DNA from: Candidatus Yanofskybacteria bacterium RIFCSPHIGHO2_01_FULL_41_26
Lineage (GTDB): Bacteria > Patescibacteriota > Minisyncoccia > 2-02-FULL-40-12 > GWA2-44-9
Assembly (NCBI GenBank): GCA_001794055.1
Contig: MGJB01000001.1
Coordinates: 7,457 to 71,456 of the forward strand
Direction: 5' to 3'
DNA: 64,000 nt
Each line of letters begins with the position of its first letter. Within the stretch, counting starts at the first letter, position 1. The translations under genes were made by a program, and so were the position numbers. The notes under the pieces are model-generated. The model saw only the letters and a list, made by a program, of their open reading frames with translations, was not told the origin of the DNA and made no database searches. Positions 1-9,603 of the stretch are shown one piece after another.

Positions 1-837
1 GTTGCTTTTTTGGCTATGCTGTTTTGGTTTTTAGCCCGCTTATTCGGTGGATTTTGGTCCAGTATTGATTTTCTTTCCCGAAAACAAACCTTATTACCTT
101 TAGGGCTTCTGGTTTTGGCCGGGGTTATGGGCATGGTTGATGACGTTCTCGGGGTTTTTAAAAAGGGGGGATTTAAACTTAAGAAGCGGCTCATATTGTA
201 TTTTGTTGTTGCGTCGATTGGGGCGTGGTGGTTCTATTTTAAGTTAGACATAACATCGATTAACATTCCTTTCTACGGGGATGTTCAGGTTGGGTGGCTA
301 TATGTAATTTATTTTATGATCATAACTGTCGCCACAGCTTTTTCGATGAATGAAACCGATGGCTTGGACGGTCTTTCTGGGGGAGTTTTTCTGACAATGT
401 TTGGCGCTTTGGCGGCTATAGCTTTTGACCAAGGAAGGATAGATATGGTTACTTTTTTGGCGGCTATAATGGGAGCTTTGGTTGGTTTTCTTTGGTTTAA
501 CATCTATCCGGCCAGATTTTTTATGGGCGATACAGGAGTAATGTCCTTGGGTTTTACCGCTGCAGTTGTGGCCTTGCTCACAGATACGGCGTTGTTGTTG
601 CCGTTAATAGCTATTATTCCCTTGATTGAATCTTTTTCTGTAATTCTCCAAACTCTTTCTAAGAAAATAAGAAAAAAGAAAATATTTCCCTCAACTCCAA
701 TCCACCACACTTTTGAAGCTCTTGGTTGGCCGGAAACACAAATCACGATGCGCTTTTGGATGATAAATGCTATTGGTGCCATAATCGGACTTATTATATT
801 TCTTGTTGACTCAAAAATCCCGCCGTTGTTCAGATAA
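1..837 (+). CDS. mraY: Phospho-N-acetylmuramoyl-pentapeptide transferase, 5'-truncated by window start
   Basis: Multi-TM protein with the MraY-type GLDGLSGG motif and C-terminal DTGVMSLGF. The frame is open to nt 1. Confidence 0.85.
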   Translation, partial: VAFLAMLFWFLARLFGGFWSSIDFLSRKQTLLPLGLLVLAGVMGMVDDVLGVFKKGGFKLKKRLILYFVVASIGAWWFYFKLDITSINIPFYGDVQVGWLYVIYFMIITVATAFSMNETDGLDGLSGGVFLTMFGALAAIAFDQGRIDMVTFLAAIMGALVGFLWFNIYPARFFMGDTGVMSLGFTAAVVALLTDTALLLPLIAIIPLIESFSVILQTLSKKIRKKKIFPSTPIHHTFEALGWPETQITMRFWMINAIGAIIGLIIFLVDSKIPPLFR

Positions 838-868
838 AACAAAAGGAGCCTTTGGCTCCTGATATATA

Positions 869-1546
869 TTACTTTTCCGATTTGTCTTCGTCTTTAATTG
901 ACGACCACATCGCAAATGCACTATCTTTTCCCCCCGCTCTTTGATATAGAGCCATACTAAACACAGTACTAGAATATTTTTTGGAATTTTGATAACCGAT
1001 CAAACCCATTGCCAGACCCGATTGTTGGCCCGAATCTTGTTTTCCGACAAAACAACACAAGGCGAGAGCTATATCGTTGGATTTTTGATAGCCGATGAGT
1101 CCCATAATGGATCCGCTTTCTTTCTTTGAATTCTGAAAAACAGAGATGCCAATACCTAGCAGGTTTTTATTTTCAGCCTTCTGATATCCGGACAATCCTA
1201 TCACCAAAACATTGTCATGACCGGCTTTTTGGTATACTTCAAAACCTAAAAAAGTTGTAGCGTCATAACCGGCTTCTTGGTATATTCCACCCAATAAGCT
1301 AAAAGCGTCTTGATCCGCTTTTTGATAGAGTGAAAAAATGGAATATATATTATTTGAACTTGATGCGTTTCCAAGAACAGTAAACACATTACCGTTTATG
1401 TTTAAAGGTAAACACAAGAGAGCGACTATGGCAAACTCTTTGGCATACTTTGGTTTTCTCTTAACATGAAGTCCGCGCATAGAAAATATTAACCAAATAA
1501 TGAAATGAAGAATGGTAGTTAATGAAAAGTTGATAATGTTCTGCAT
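869..1546 (-). CDS. Hypothetical N-terminally anchored protein with reiterated GxxGYQK(S/A) repeats
   Basis: 225-aa ORF with an N-terminal hydrophobic segment and about 7 degenerate G(L/I)xGYQK repeats. No recognisable family. Confidence 0.45.
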   Translation of the reverse strand: MQNIINFSLTTILHFIIWLIFSMRGLHVKRKPKYAKEFAIVALLCLPLNINGNVFTVLGNASSSNNIYSIFSLYQKADQDAFSLLGGIYQEAGYDATTFLGFEVYQKAGHDNVLVIGLSGYQKAENKNLLGIGISVFQNSKKESGSIMGLIGYQKSNDIALALCCFVGKQDSGQQSGLAMGLIGYQNSKKYSSTVFSMALYQRAGGKDSAFAMWSSIKDEDKSEK

Positions 1547-1718
1547 GCGTCTTCCTTTTCGTCTTTTGTTGTTAGAGAACTGCCGAGACTCCTTTTTGTA
1601 GTATATAGTTTAACTTATAAATGTCAAGGGCCAATTTGCAATAGGCGAGTTTAACTTGACTAAGTATTATCCATGTGTTAGGGTATTTAATTACTGTTCT
1701 TTTATAAGGAGGGTCTGG

Positions 1719-3482
1719 ATGATTGAAAAACTTCTGAAACAAATTAAAAATCCGGGGATTAGGTTGATGATTGAGCGTATTCGGTCGGAAGAAAAACAGG
1801 TTAAGAAGGTGTTTGCAATAACTGTTTTTGGCTCGATTTTAGGCGCATTTGTTCCTCTTGTGTATGGAAAAATTATCAGAATGGCCGGAGACAATATCTC
1901 TTCGGTTGAGTATATACTCTTGTTCGTATTAATGTGGTTGACGGTTGATCAGATACGCAACTGGACGACTAGATATTCTGACAGACAAGGGGTCTATGCT
2001 TCTTGGAATATTGACTACAATCTTTTTATGGATTCCTTGTCTCATTTGATACGGCTTCCGATGTCATATTTGTCTGAACAACGATTAGGCAAGACTGTTC
2101 AGAGAGTTGAGCGGGGAGCGGATTCTTTGGGAAGAATGGTTCGGGATGTTTTGTTTTCTCTTATTCCTCATTTTTTGAGCTTGATTTTTTCTTTTGCGTT
2201 GATGTTTTTGATTCAGTGGTTATTGGGGGTTTTGGTTCTTGTGACTGTGGTTCTATATACATTTGCCATGACATCTAGTAACAAAAAGATCGTTGCTCTT
2301 CACAGAGAAAATAAAAAGATATGGGAAGAAGCGTGGGGTCATATGTGGGATGTGGTTGGTAATGTAAAAGCTGTTAAGGCAAATACCAATGAAGAGTTTG
2401 AAATAAAAAGAATTAGGAGCAACTTTGACAAATGCTACTCAAGGGAAAAAGAAGCTCAAGATTTAAGAAACAAGATACAGGCTTATGAGCATTTTATATT
2501 TGGAGGCGGTGCTGTTATCACAATTGCATTAGGAGCTTTGATGTTGAGATGGGGAACGGTTGATGCTGGTGGCCTGTTTTCTTTTCTGGGTTATATCCAG
2601 CTTGCTTATACACCCTTTAGTCGCTTAGCTTACAATTGGAGATTTATTCTAGAAACATTAGTGATCGAAGAAAGAGTGGCCAAATTTTTGAAGGAAAATG
2701 AAGAGGATTATGAAACTGGAAATGACACACTGGTTGTCGGAGATATTGAATTTTCCAACGTAACTTTTGGATATGGCGAATCTGGGGACGAAATCTTTAA
2801 AAATGTTAATCTTGTTATTGGGGCAGGTGAAACGGTTGCAATAGTTGGTGAAAGCGGAGTTGGCAAAACGACTCTTATTGATTTAATTTCTCGTTACTAT
2901 GAACCAACGGCAGGGACCATTACTATAGGCGGTATTGATATAAGAAATTGGAAAAGAGGTTCTCTTAGATCGCAAATTGCCATAGTGCCTCAAGATCTTT
3001 CTTTGCTTAATGACACAATTAAACTGAACATAGCCTATGGAAATGTTGACAGAATTTCAGATGAAACGGCTATAGAAGATGCAGCAAAAGCATCTTACGC
3101 CCACGATTTTATTACCGGAAAAAGATTTGTCGATGGATATAACCAAATTGTCGGCGAGAGAGGAATAAAGTTGTCAGCTGGCCAGAAACAAAGGGTGGCA
3201 ATTGCCAGAGCTCTTCTTAGGGATCCTAAAATTCTGATTTTGGACGAGGCAACTTCAGCTCTTGATTCTGAATCAGAAATGTATGTTCAGCAGGCCTTAG
3301 AGGTTTTAATTAAAAGCAGAACCACTCTTATTATTGCCCACCGTTTAAGCACAATTAAAAAGGCCGATAAAATAGTTGTGATGCATGATGGGGGAATTGC
3401 TGAAGTCGGCAAACACGAAGAATTAATAGCTAAGAATGGAATATACAAAAAACTTATAGATCTTCAAAGTTTTCAGGAGTGA
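1719..3482 (+). CDS. ABC transporter, fused permease/ATPase (MsbA-like exporter family)
   Basis: Six-TM N-terminal half followed by Walker A (GESGVGKTT), ABC signature (LSAGQKQRVAIARAL) and Walker B (ILILDEATSALD). RBS AAGGAGG lies upstream of the ATG at 1719. Confidence 0.85.
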   Translation: MIEKLLKQIKNPGIRLMIERIRSEEKQVKKVFAITVFGSILGAFVPLVYGKIIRMAGDNISSVEYILLFVLMWLTVDQIRNWTTRYSDRQGVYASWNIDYNLFMDSLSHLIRLPMSYLSEQRLGKTVQRVERGADSLGRMVRDVLFSLIPHFLSLIFSFALMFLIQWLLGVLVLVTVVLYTFAMTSSNKKIVALHRENKKIWEEAWGHMWDVVGNVKAVKANTNEEFEIKRIRSNFDKCYSREKEAQDLRNKIQAYEHFIFGGGAVITIALGALMLRWGTVDAGGLFSFLGYIQLAYTPFSRLAYNWRFILETLVIEERVAKFLKENEEDYETGNDTLVVGDIEFSNVTFGYGESGDEIFKNVNLVIGAGETVAIVGESGVGKTTLIDLISRYYEPTAGTITIGGIDIRNWKRGSLRSQIAIVPQDLSLLNDTIKLNIAYGNVDRISDETAIEDAAKASYAHDFITGKRFVDGYNQIVGERGIKLSAGQKQRVAIARALLRDPKILILDEATSALDSESEMYVQQALEVLIKSRTTLIIAHRLSTIKKADKIVVMHDGGIAEVGKHEELIAKNGIYKKLIDLQSFQE

Positions 3483-3537
3483 GCCCTTTATAGGGCTTTT
3501 TATTTATCAAAATTAAAAACTGTATTATAATTTAATT

Positions 3538-4614
3538 GTGAACAGGAAACTTCTCTCAATAATTTTGATATTAGTCGTTTTTGGCCTTGTTGTTTTATCT
3601 TCGGCGGGAATCGTGGATGGTCAGAAGAAATTCGGTTCCTCTTATTATTATCTTACGCACCAGTTATTGTACGGAGTAATACCCGGTTTTATCGGAATGT
3701 TTGTCTTTTCTCTGATAAATTACAAGTTTTGGAAAAAGACATCATTATTTGTTTTAATCGGTTCGTTGGCGTTGATGATAATGATATTTATGCCTAATTT
3801 TGGTCATGGTCTCAAGGGTGCGACTCGGTGGATAAATCTGGGTGTTTTCTCTTTCCAGCCAGCTGAAATACTAAAACTCTCCTTGATAATATATTTGGCG
3901 GCATGGTTTGGAAACAGGGATGAAAGGACAAAGAGATGGTCTTATGGCGTGTTGCCATTTTTGATAGTTCTGTCTTTCGTGGCTTTGCTTTTATTTCTTC
4001 AACCGGATATCGGCACACTGATAGTGGTCTCGCTTATTTCTTTAGGAGTTTATTTTTTAGCTGGTCCAAGCTATAAACAGTTTGCGGGAATTTTGTTGGT
4101 CTTATTTCTGGGCTTATCGGCGATAATCGTTGTTGAACCTTACCGTTTTGATCGTTTAAAAGCTTTTTGGGATCCGTCTGTTGATCCGAGGGGAATTTCA
4201 TATCAAATAAATCAATCTTTAATATCAATCGGTTCAGGAGGATTGTTTGGCGTTGGTTATAATAACAGTTCCCAAAAGCAAGGAGGATTTTTACCGGAAG
4301 TGATAGGAGACTCGATTTTTGCTATTATTGCTGAAGAATTGGGATTGGTGGGCTCGGCGCTTACGGTTGGATTATTTGGAACCCTGTGTTTTTTTCTGGT
4401 TGGTATAGCCAAAAATGCGTCTGATAAGTTCGGAACTCTTCTTGTCATGGGGATTAATATTTGGATTATGTCACAAGCATTTGTAAATATAGCCGCCATA
4501 TCGGGACTTGTTCCTTTAACAGGTATTCCTCTGCCGTTTATCAGTTATGGTGGCACCGCTCTTGTGGTTCTGTTGTTGGGGATGGGAATTGTGTTTAATG
4601 TTGCTAAAGATTAA
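3538..4614 (+). CDS. ftsW: SEDS-family peptidoglycan glycosyltransferase (FtsW/RodA)
   Basis: 10-TM protein with the conserved C-terminal PLPFISYGG motif of FtsW/RodA. GTG start. Confidence 0.8.
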   Translation: MNRKLLSIILILVVFGLVVLSSAGIVDGQKKFGSSYYYLTHQLLYGVIPGFIGMFVFSLINYKFWKKTSLFVLIGSLALMIMIFMPNFGHGLKGATRWINLGVFSFQPAEILKLSLIIYLAAWFGNRDERTKRWSYGVLPFLIVLSFVALLLFLQPDIGTLIVVSLISLGVYFLAGPSYKQFAGILLVLFLGLSAIIVVEPYRFDRLKAFWDPSVDPRGISYQINQSLISIGSGGLFGVGYNNSSQKQGGFLPEVIGDSIFAIIAEELGLVGSALTVGLFGTLCFFLVGIAKNASDKFGTLLVMGINIWIMSQAFVNIAAISGLVPLTGIPLPFISYGGTALVVLLLGMGIVFNVAKD

Positions 4615-4641
4615 TTTGATTTTTTGGAGGCGTAATGTATA

Positions 4642-4875
4642 ATGCGTCTGGAGTTCTTTTTGGAGATGAACATGATTCTTCCCTCAACTGTTCAGTTGGC
4701 CGTTCTTAAGTTTAGCAAAAGCTCACAAGAAGACGATCCAAAAGATAAATGCGTGATGTGTGGAAAAGAAACGCCGTATCCTAAAAGTACCCACATTGAT
4801 TTTCGTGATTACTATGTTGAGGGATGTGGCCAGCTTTGCGGAGACTGCTGGAACAAGACTGATTCCCGAGCATAA
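4642..4875 (+). CDS. Small Cys-rich (CxxC...CxxC) zinc-ribbon-like protein
   Basis: GGAGG lies 11 nt upstream of the ATG. A rho-independent terminator (gtcgcccaagaggcggcTTTTGTTT) follows directly. CxxC ... CGDC pairs are present. Confidence 0.35.
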   Translation: MRLEFFLEMNMILPSTVQLAVLKFSKSSQEDDPKDKCVMCGKETPYPKSTHIDFRDYYVEGCGQLCGDCWNKTDSRA

Positions 4876-4924
4876 ATAACGTCGCCCAAGAGGCGGCTTT
4901 TGTTTACAAAAAATTAATAGCAAA

Positions 4925-5125
4925 ACCCTCACCCATTTCCGACCTATTGGATTGCGCCTCCGGTCTTCTTCGGACAAATGCTTAAGTTAATCTCAATTCA
5001 GTTAACAAATTTGGTTACCCCGTCGCAAGTTCCGACTCAAATTTGTTGAATGAACTGAATTATCAATCAATTTAAGCATTATGTTACCCTCGAAACCAAA
5101 CGGTCTGAAATGGGCTAGGTTTCGC
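4925..5125 (+). repeat. Repeat family D copy 1: ~200-nt structured element (long hairpin gcttaaNttaatctcaat...caaattt / aaatttgtt...attaatttaagc) closed by a copy-specific outer stem
   Basis: Aligns with copies at 29497-29770 and 42074-42280. The outer stem here is cccatttccgacc / ggtctgaaatggg. Confidence 0.7.
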
Positions 5126-5147
5126 TTAAATTATTTTAAGCAACCAG

Positions 5148-5312
5148 CCCGCATACCCTCAGGGAGAACTTGCGCAGGCATTTCGGCTTGCCCCCACACT
5201 CATGCATGAGTGTGGGGGCTTGGTTCTTTGAAATGCCGAGCATGGAGATGGCCGAGGCTCGCAGGAAGCCGAGGACTATCGGTCGAGTCGGGGGTATGTG
5301 GCTGGGAGGAGC
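5148..5312 (-). repeat. Repeat family B (MITE-like, 15-bp terminal inverted repeats cccagccacataccc / gggtatgtggctggg), minus orientation, with an internal 28-nt perfect palindrome insertion
   Basis: Reverse complement aligns with B copies at 15987-16123 and 62964-63099. The extra palindrome cccccacactcatgcatgagtgtggggg sits in the central loop. Confidence 0.7.
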
Positions 5313-5329
5313 GTGCCAGAAAACCGCCA

Positions 5330-5593
5330 TTAGGCGGTTTTCTGTAGGAGATGGGTCGTGTTGGATTTGAGACGGGAAGCTTTATTTTTCTTAATGACAC
5401 CGGTTTTGGCAGCTTTATCTAATGTCTGATAAACTCTGGAAAGCATTTTTTTGGCTTCATCTTTTTTACCTGCCGCAACTAGTTTTCGAAAATCTTTAAC
5501 AGACGCTTTGTAAGCGACGGTTTTTCTGGTATTTCGGATCTTCCTTGTTTTGTTTTGGCGCAAAGCTTTCTTTGCTGATTTAGTAATAGGCAT
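5330..5593 (-). CDS. rpsT: 30S ribosomal protein S20
   Basis: 87-aa basic protein starting MPITKSAKKALRQNKTRK, typical of S20. Flanked by repeat B upstream-side and repeat A downstream-side. Confidence 0.9.
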   Translation of the reverse strand: MPITKSAKKALRQNKTRKIRNTRKTVAYKASVKDFRKLVAAGKKDEAKKMLSRVYQTLDKAAKTGVIKKNKASRLKSNTTHLLQKTA

Positions 5594-5676
5594 GTTTTTG
5601 TATTATTCTAAAGCTTGTTTATATTACTACGTTTGTGTATATTGCGCAATAGGTCTTCTGAAGGAAAGAGGAAGAA

Positions 5677-5823
5677 ATGGTTGAAATCCTGAATAGTTTT
5701 TGGTTCAATTTTCCTCTCTGGATTTTCTGGGTTCTTTACCTGTTTAATGGGAAATCGTGGAAAATTAAAAAGTATGTCGCCATTCCCCTGTTAATTTTTT
5801 CTGGTTTATCTTTCATCCTTTAA
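5677..5823 (+). CDS. Possible 48-aa small membrane protein
   Basis: GGAAAGAGGAAGAA RBS then ATG. Hydrophobic MVEILNSFWFNFPLWIFWVLYLF. Too short for the ORF track. Confidence 0.25.
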   Translation: MVEILNSFWFNFPLWIFWVLYLFNGKSWKIKKYVAIPLLIFSGLSFIL

Positions 5824-5862
5824 GCGGGAAATAATCCCGTTTTTTTGTTGTACAAATATAAA

Positions 5863-5965
5863 GAAATAAGTTCCAGGCCAAAGAAGAACGTTCGCAGGCG
5901 GGTAGCCGAGAGAGAGCAAAAACCCAGCAGGGTTTTATGCGGTCTTCGTGGTCTGGGACTTATTT
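5863..5965 (+). repeat. Repeat family A copy 1 (~100 nt). Conserved core aagaagaacgttcg...ccgagatagagcaaaaa[ccc]agcag[ggg]ttttatgcggtct, closed by copy-specific outer stem gaaataagttccaggcca / tggtctgggacttatttc
   Basis: Six copies in the window (5863, 15263, 19397, 50200 rev, 51114, 57057). The inner stem covaries: ccc/ggg, ttc/gaa, ctc/gag. Confidence 0.75.
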
Positions 5966-5967
5966 CT

Positions 5968-7968
5968 TTAGATAACTTCACCCTTTAATTTTCTAATCTG
6001 TTCCTTTAGTCCCAACGCTGTTTCGTAATCCATTTTTCGGATGGCTTTATCCATCAGTTTCTGAAGCTGTTTCATGGCATTCTGTCTTGAGCCGTTGGTG
6101 AAGAAGATTATCTCATTGTTACCTTCACCGTATTTTTGAATTTCTTTCTGGCTGATCGGCAAGTCAAAATTGCCTATTTCTTTAATGATTGTTTGCGGTG
6201 TTATGCCGTTTTCTTTGTTATATTTTTCTTGTTTTTTTCGACGTCTCAGAGTTTCTTTGATCGCAAAATCAATAGACTTGGTTATTTTATCAGCGTACAT
6301 AATTACGTGGCCGTTCTCATTACGGGCTGCGCGGCCCATGGTTTGGATAAGTGTGGTTGTGTTTCTCAAAAAACCTTCTTTATCAGCATCCAATATTGCT
6401 ATTAAAGAAACTTCAGGCAAATCCAATCCTTCTCTCAAAAGGTTTACGCCAACCAGAACATCGTAATTGCCGAGACGGAGGTCTTTTATTATTTTTAATC
6501 TGTCCAATGTTTTTATTTCGGAGTGAAGATAATTGACTTTAATTTCCTGTTCGGCTAAATGTTCAGACAGGTCTTCGGCCATTCGTTTGGTAAGAGTTGT
6601 GACGATTACTCTTTCATGGTTTTTAATTCTTGCTTTGATGTTTTCTACTAAATGAGGAATTTGTCCTTCTGTTGGCCTTATTTCTATTGTCGGGTCCAAA
6701 AGGCCGGTTGGCCTGATGAGTTGTTCGGCTATTCCGTCTTTGCCAGCTTGTTCCATTTCGTATTTGGCCGGTGTGGCTGAAGTGTATATGGTTTTCTGAA
6801 TTCTTTTCTGGAATTCCGGAAATTTTAGCGGACGATTATCTATGGCTGAAGGCAATCTGAAACCGTATTCAACCAAAGTAGATTTTCGTGAATGATCGCC
6901 GGTGAACATTGAACGAAGCTGGGGAACTGTGACGTGCGACTCATCAATTATTGTCAGAAATTCTCCTTTGGAAGAAAAGAAATCCAGAAGTGAATAGGGC
7001 GGCTCGCCGGTTTTTCTGAAATCAAGATGGCGGGAGTAGTTTTCTATTCCGTGGCAGTATCCTGTTTGACGCATCATTTCAATATCTTGCCTGGTTTTTT
7101 CTTGAAGCCGGACAGCTTCCTCAAACTTTTTTTCTTTTTTCAAGTGTTTAACATGTTTCTGGAGTTCGCTTTTTATGTTTTCTATGGCTAATCCAATTTT
7201 ATCGCCTGAGGTTATCCAGTATTTGGCAGGAAAGATGGTAGTTTCAACTATTTTTTCATATTTTAAATCTTTCATTTCCAATTCTTCGGGATCAGAAATG
7301 GTGGCCTGCATAATTTTTTCAATTCGGTCGTTTTTAAACTTTATTTTAATAACTTCTTGGGCGCTTGGAGCGACTACCTCAATTTCGTTGGTTGTTTTTC
7401 TGAAACAGCCTCTTTTTAATTCTATATCCGGAACATACTGGAGCCGCAAAAGTCCCCGCACCAATTCAGACGAATTCATTTTTTTATTCTCAAATATCTG
7501 GAGACCCAAGTTTTTATAATCATCCGGTGAGCCGAGGTTGTAGATGCACGAAACGGAAGCAACAATTATTACATCATCTCGGCTGATGAGAGCTTGAGTG
7601 GCGGCATGGCGCAAGCGGTCTATCTCTTGATTTATTTTGGAATCCTTCTCTATGTAAGTATCGGTATGGGGAATATACGCTTCCGGTTGATAATAATCAT
7701 AATAGCTGACGAAATAATGAACGGCGTTTTTGGGAAAAAATTCTTTGAATTCTTTATACAACTGAGCGGCGAGAGTTTTGTTGTGAGAAATGATTAAGGT
7801 CGGTTTTTTATAATGCTCGATAATCTTGGCCATCGTAAACGTTTTACCCGAGCCGGTGACACCCAAAAGCACCTGATGCTTTTTGCCGGTTTTTAAACCC
7901 TTAGCTAATTTTTCTATTGCTTCGGGCTGATCCCCGGTGGGCTCGAATTTAGATGAAAGTTTGAACAT
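5968..7968 (-). CDS. uvrB: Excinuclease ABC subunit B
   Basis: 666-aa protein with Walker A GVTGSGKTFT, helicase motifs and a C-terminal UvrB/C interaction region. Confidence 0.95.
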   Translation of the reverse strand: MFKLSSKFEPTGDQPEAIEKLAKGLKTGKKHQVLLGVTGSGKTFTMAKIIEHYKKPTLIISHNKTLAAQLYKEFKEFFPKNAVHYFVSYYDYYQPEAYIPHTDTYIEKDSKINQEIDRLRHAATQALISRDDVIIVASVSCIYNLGSPDDYKNLGLQIFENKKMNSSELVRGLLRLQYVPDIELKRGCFRKTTNEIEVVAPSAQEVIKIKFKNDRIEKIMQATISDPEELEMKDLKYEKIVETTIFPAKYWITSGDKIGLAIENIKSELQKHVKHLKKEKKFEEAVRLQEKTRQDIEMMRQTGYCHGIENYSRHLDFRKTGEPPYSLLDFFSSKGEFLTIIDESHVTVPQLRSMFTGDHSRKSTLVEYGFRLPSAIDNRPLKFPEFQKRIQKTIYTSATPAKYEMEQAGKDGIAEQLIRPTGLLDPTIEIRPTEGQIPHLVENIKARIKNHERVIVTTLTKRMAEDLSEHLAEQEIKVNYLHSEIKTLDRLKIIKDLRLGNYDVLVGVNLLREGLDLPEVSLIAILDADKEGFLRNTTTLIQTMGRAARNENGHVIMYADKITKSIDFAIKETLRRRKKQEKYNKENGITPQTIIKEIGNFDLPISQKEIQKYGEGNNEIIFFTNGSRQNAMKQLQKLMDKAIRKMDYETALGLKEQIRKLKGEVI

Positions 7969-8022
7969 TATAAATAATGATGGGCCTTTTTTATTTCTAT
8001 TTTCAATGCTATTCTTAAACCG

Positions 8023-8634
8023 ATGATCTCGTACTTAGAGGGGAAAATTGAATATACTGGCGATAAATACGTTATTTTGAATACGGGCGGTATAGGGTAT
8101 AAGGTAAATATAGTCCCTAAATTGCTAAATAGTTTATCAAAAATCAACCCACCTGTCAATACAAAGACCCCCATTGTAAAATTTTTTACCCATTCTCAAT
8201 TGAATATGCGGGAAGGAGTTTTTGACATTTATGGTTTTGAAAAAAGAGAAGACTTGGAACTGTTTCACCTCCTTATTTCTGTATCAGGAATAGGTCCCAA
8301 AAACGCTTTAAATATAATGTCTTCGGTGGAACCGAAACACTTGAAAGCGGCAGTAGTGAACAATGACCCTGATTATTTGAAAAAAATATCCGGTCTGGGG
8401 CCCAAAACCGCGCAAAGGCTGATAATGGAATTACAAAACAGGGTTGATTATCTTGAGATTGGGGACATGAAAGGAATGGATTTGGGTCAAGAAGGAGAAG
8501 CCATGGAAGCACTGGTAGCGCTTGGTTATACTCTTAGCCAAGCCAAAGATGCCCTCAAAGAAGATGCCAAGGGCAAGACGCTGGAACAAAGAGTAAGAGA
8601 AGCGCTTAAATTACTGGGAAAAAATCGCCGATAA
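8023..8634 (+). CDS. ruvA: Holliday junction DNA helicase RuvA
   Basis: 203 aa. N-terminal MISYLEGKIEY OB-fold start and HhH motifs (GIGPKNALNI, GLGPKTAQRL) are typical of RuvA. Confidence 0.85.
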   Translation: MISYLEGKIEYTGDKYVILNTGGIGYKVNIVPKLLNSLSKINPPVNTKTPIVKFFTHSQLNMREGVFDIYGFEKREDLELFHLLISVSGIGPKNALNIMSSVEPKHLKAAVVNNDPDYLKKISGLGPKTAQRLIMELQNRVDYLEIGDMKGMDLGQEGEAMEALVALGYTLSQAKDALKEDAKGKTLEQRVREALKLLGKNRR

Positions 8635-8635
8635 A

Positions 8636-9583
8636 ATGATAAAATCTTTTTTACAAACGCAGGAGTGGTTAGATTTTCAGAAATACATTGGACGGAAAAC
8701 CTGGCGGTTTGATGATGGAAAAATTAAAGCAAATATAATTCAGCATGATTTGCCTTTCGGAAAAAATTATTTATATATTCCGCATGGGCCGGAAATAAAT
8801 TTTAATGTCATTACCGGCACCATAAATAATGAAGTCGCCAAGTTTGTTGCTTATCTTAAAAATTTAGCCAAAGATCAAAAATCAATTTTTATTAAGATTG
8901 AACCGCTAGACGATAAGGTGCCGGAAGCGATACACAATTTATCCACCAGCTGGCGGATCAAAAGGTCAGTCAAAGAGATCCAGCCGCACAAGACAGTTGT
9001 TTTAGATCTTCAAAAATCCGAAGAAGAACTGCTTGCCGAAATGCATCACAAAACTCGTTACAATATAAAAGTGGCCGAGAAGTACGGTGTTGTTGTAAAA
9101 GACAGCCTGTCTGCCGGCGAGGCAGGTAAAGACTTGGATACTTTTTGGAAACTATTAAAAAAGACTACCAAACGGGACAGATTCGGAAGTCATTCTAAGG
9201 AATATTATAAAAAATTAGTCGAATACTTTCAGCAAGGTGAAATGAGGGTGGATTTAGTATTGGCATACCATCAAGATAAAGCCGTAGCCGGAGCGTTAAT
9301 GATGACTTATGGCGATATCTGCTACTATCTTCACGGTGCATCTGACTATGATGCCCGAAGCATGATGGCTCCATATGCGCTCCATTGGGAAAACATAAAA
9401 ACGCTTCAAGCTTCAGGATGTAAGTTTTACGACCTTTGGGGCATAGATTCTCAACGTTGGCCGGGAGTGACGAGATTTAAACTTGGTTGGGGCGGCAGAG
9501 AAGTCGAATATTCCGGTTCGTTTGATCTGCCTGTCTCGCGATTTTGGTACTTTACATATAAAGTCGCAAGAAAAGTGTTTTAG
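8636..9583 (+). CDS. FemAB-family peptidoglycan interpeptide-bridge aminoacyltransferase-like protein
   Basis: 315 aa with the GNAT-like FemABX architecture. Located between ruvA and murE. Confidence 0.6.
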   Translation: MIKSFLQTQEWLDFQKYIGRKTWRFDDGKIKANIIQHDLPFGKNYLYIPHGPEINFNVITGTINNEVAKFVAYLKNLAKDQKSIFIKIEPLDDKVPEAIHNLSTSWRIKRSVKEIQPHKTVVLDLQKSEEELLAEMHHKTRYNIKVAEKYGVVVKDSLSAGEAGKDLDTFWKLLKKTTKRDRFGSHSKEYYKKLVEYFQQGEMRVDLVLAYHQDKAVAGALMMTYGDICYYLHGASDYDARSMMAPYALHWENIKTLQASGCKFYDLWGIDSQRWPGVTRFKLGWGGREVEYSGSFDLPVSRFWYFTYKVARKVF

Positions 9584-9603
9584 GATTCAGTAAATAATCA
9601 ACC

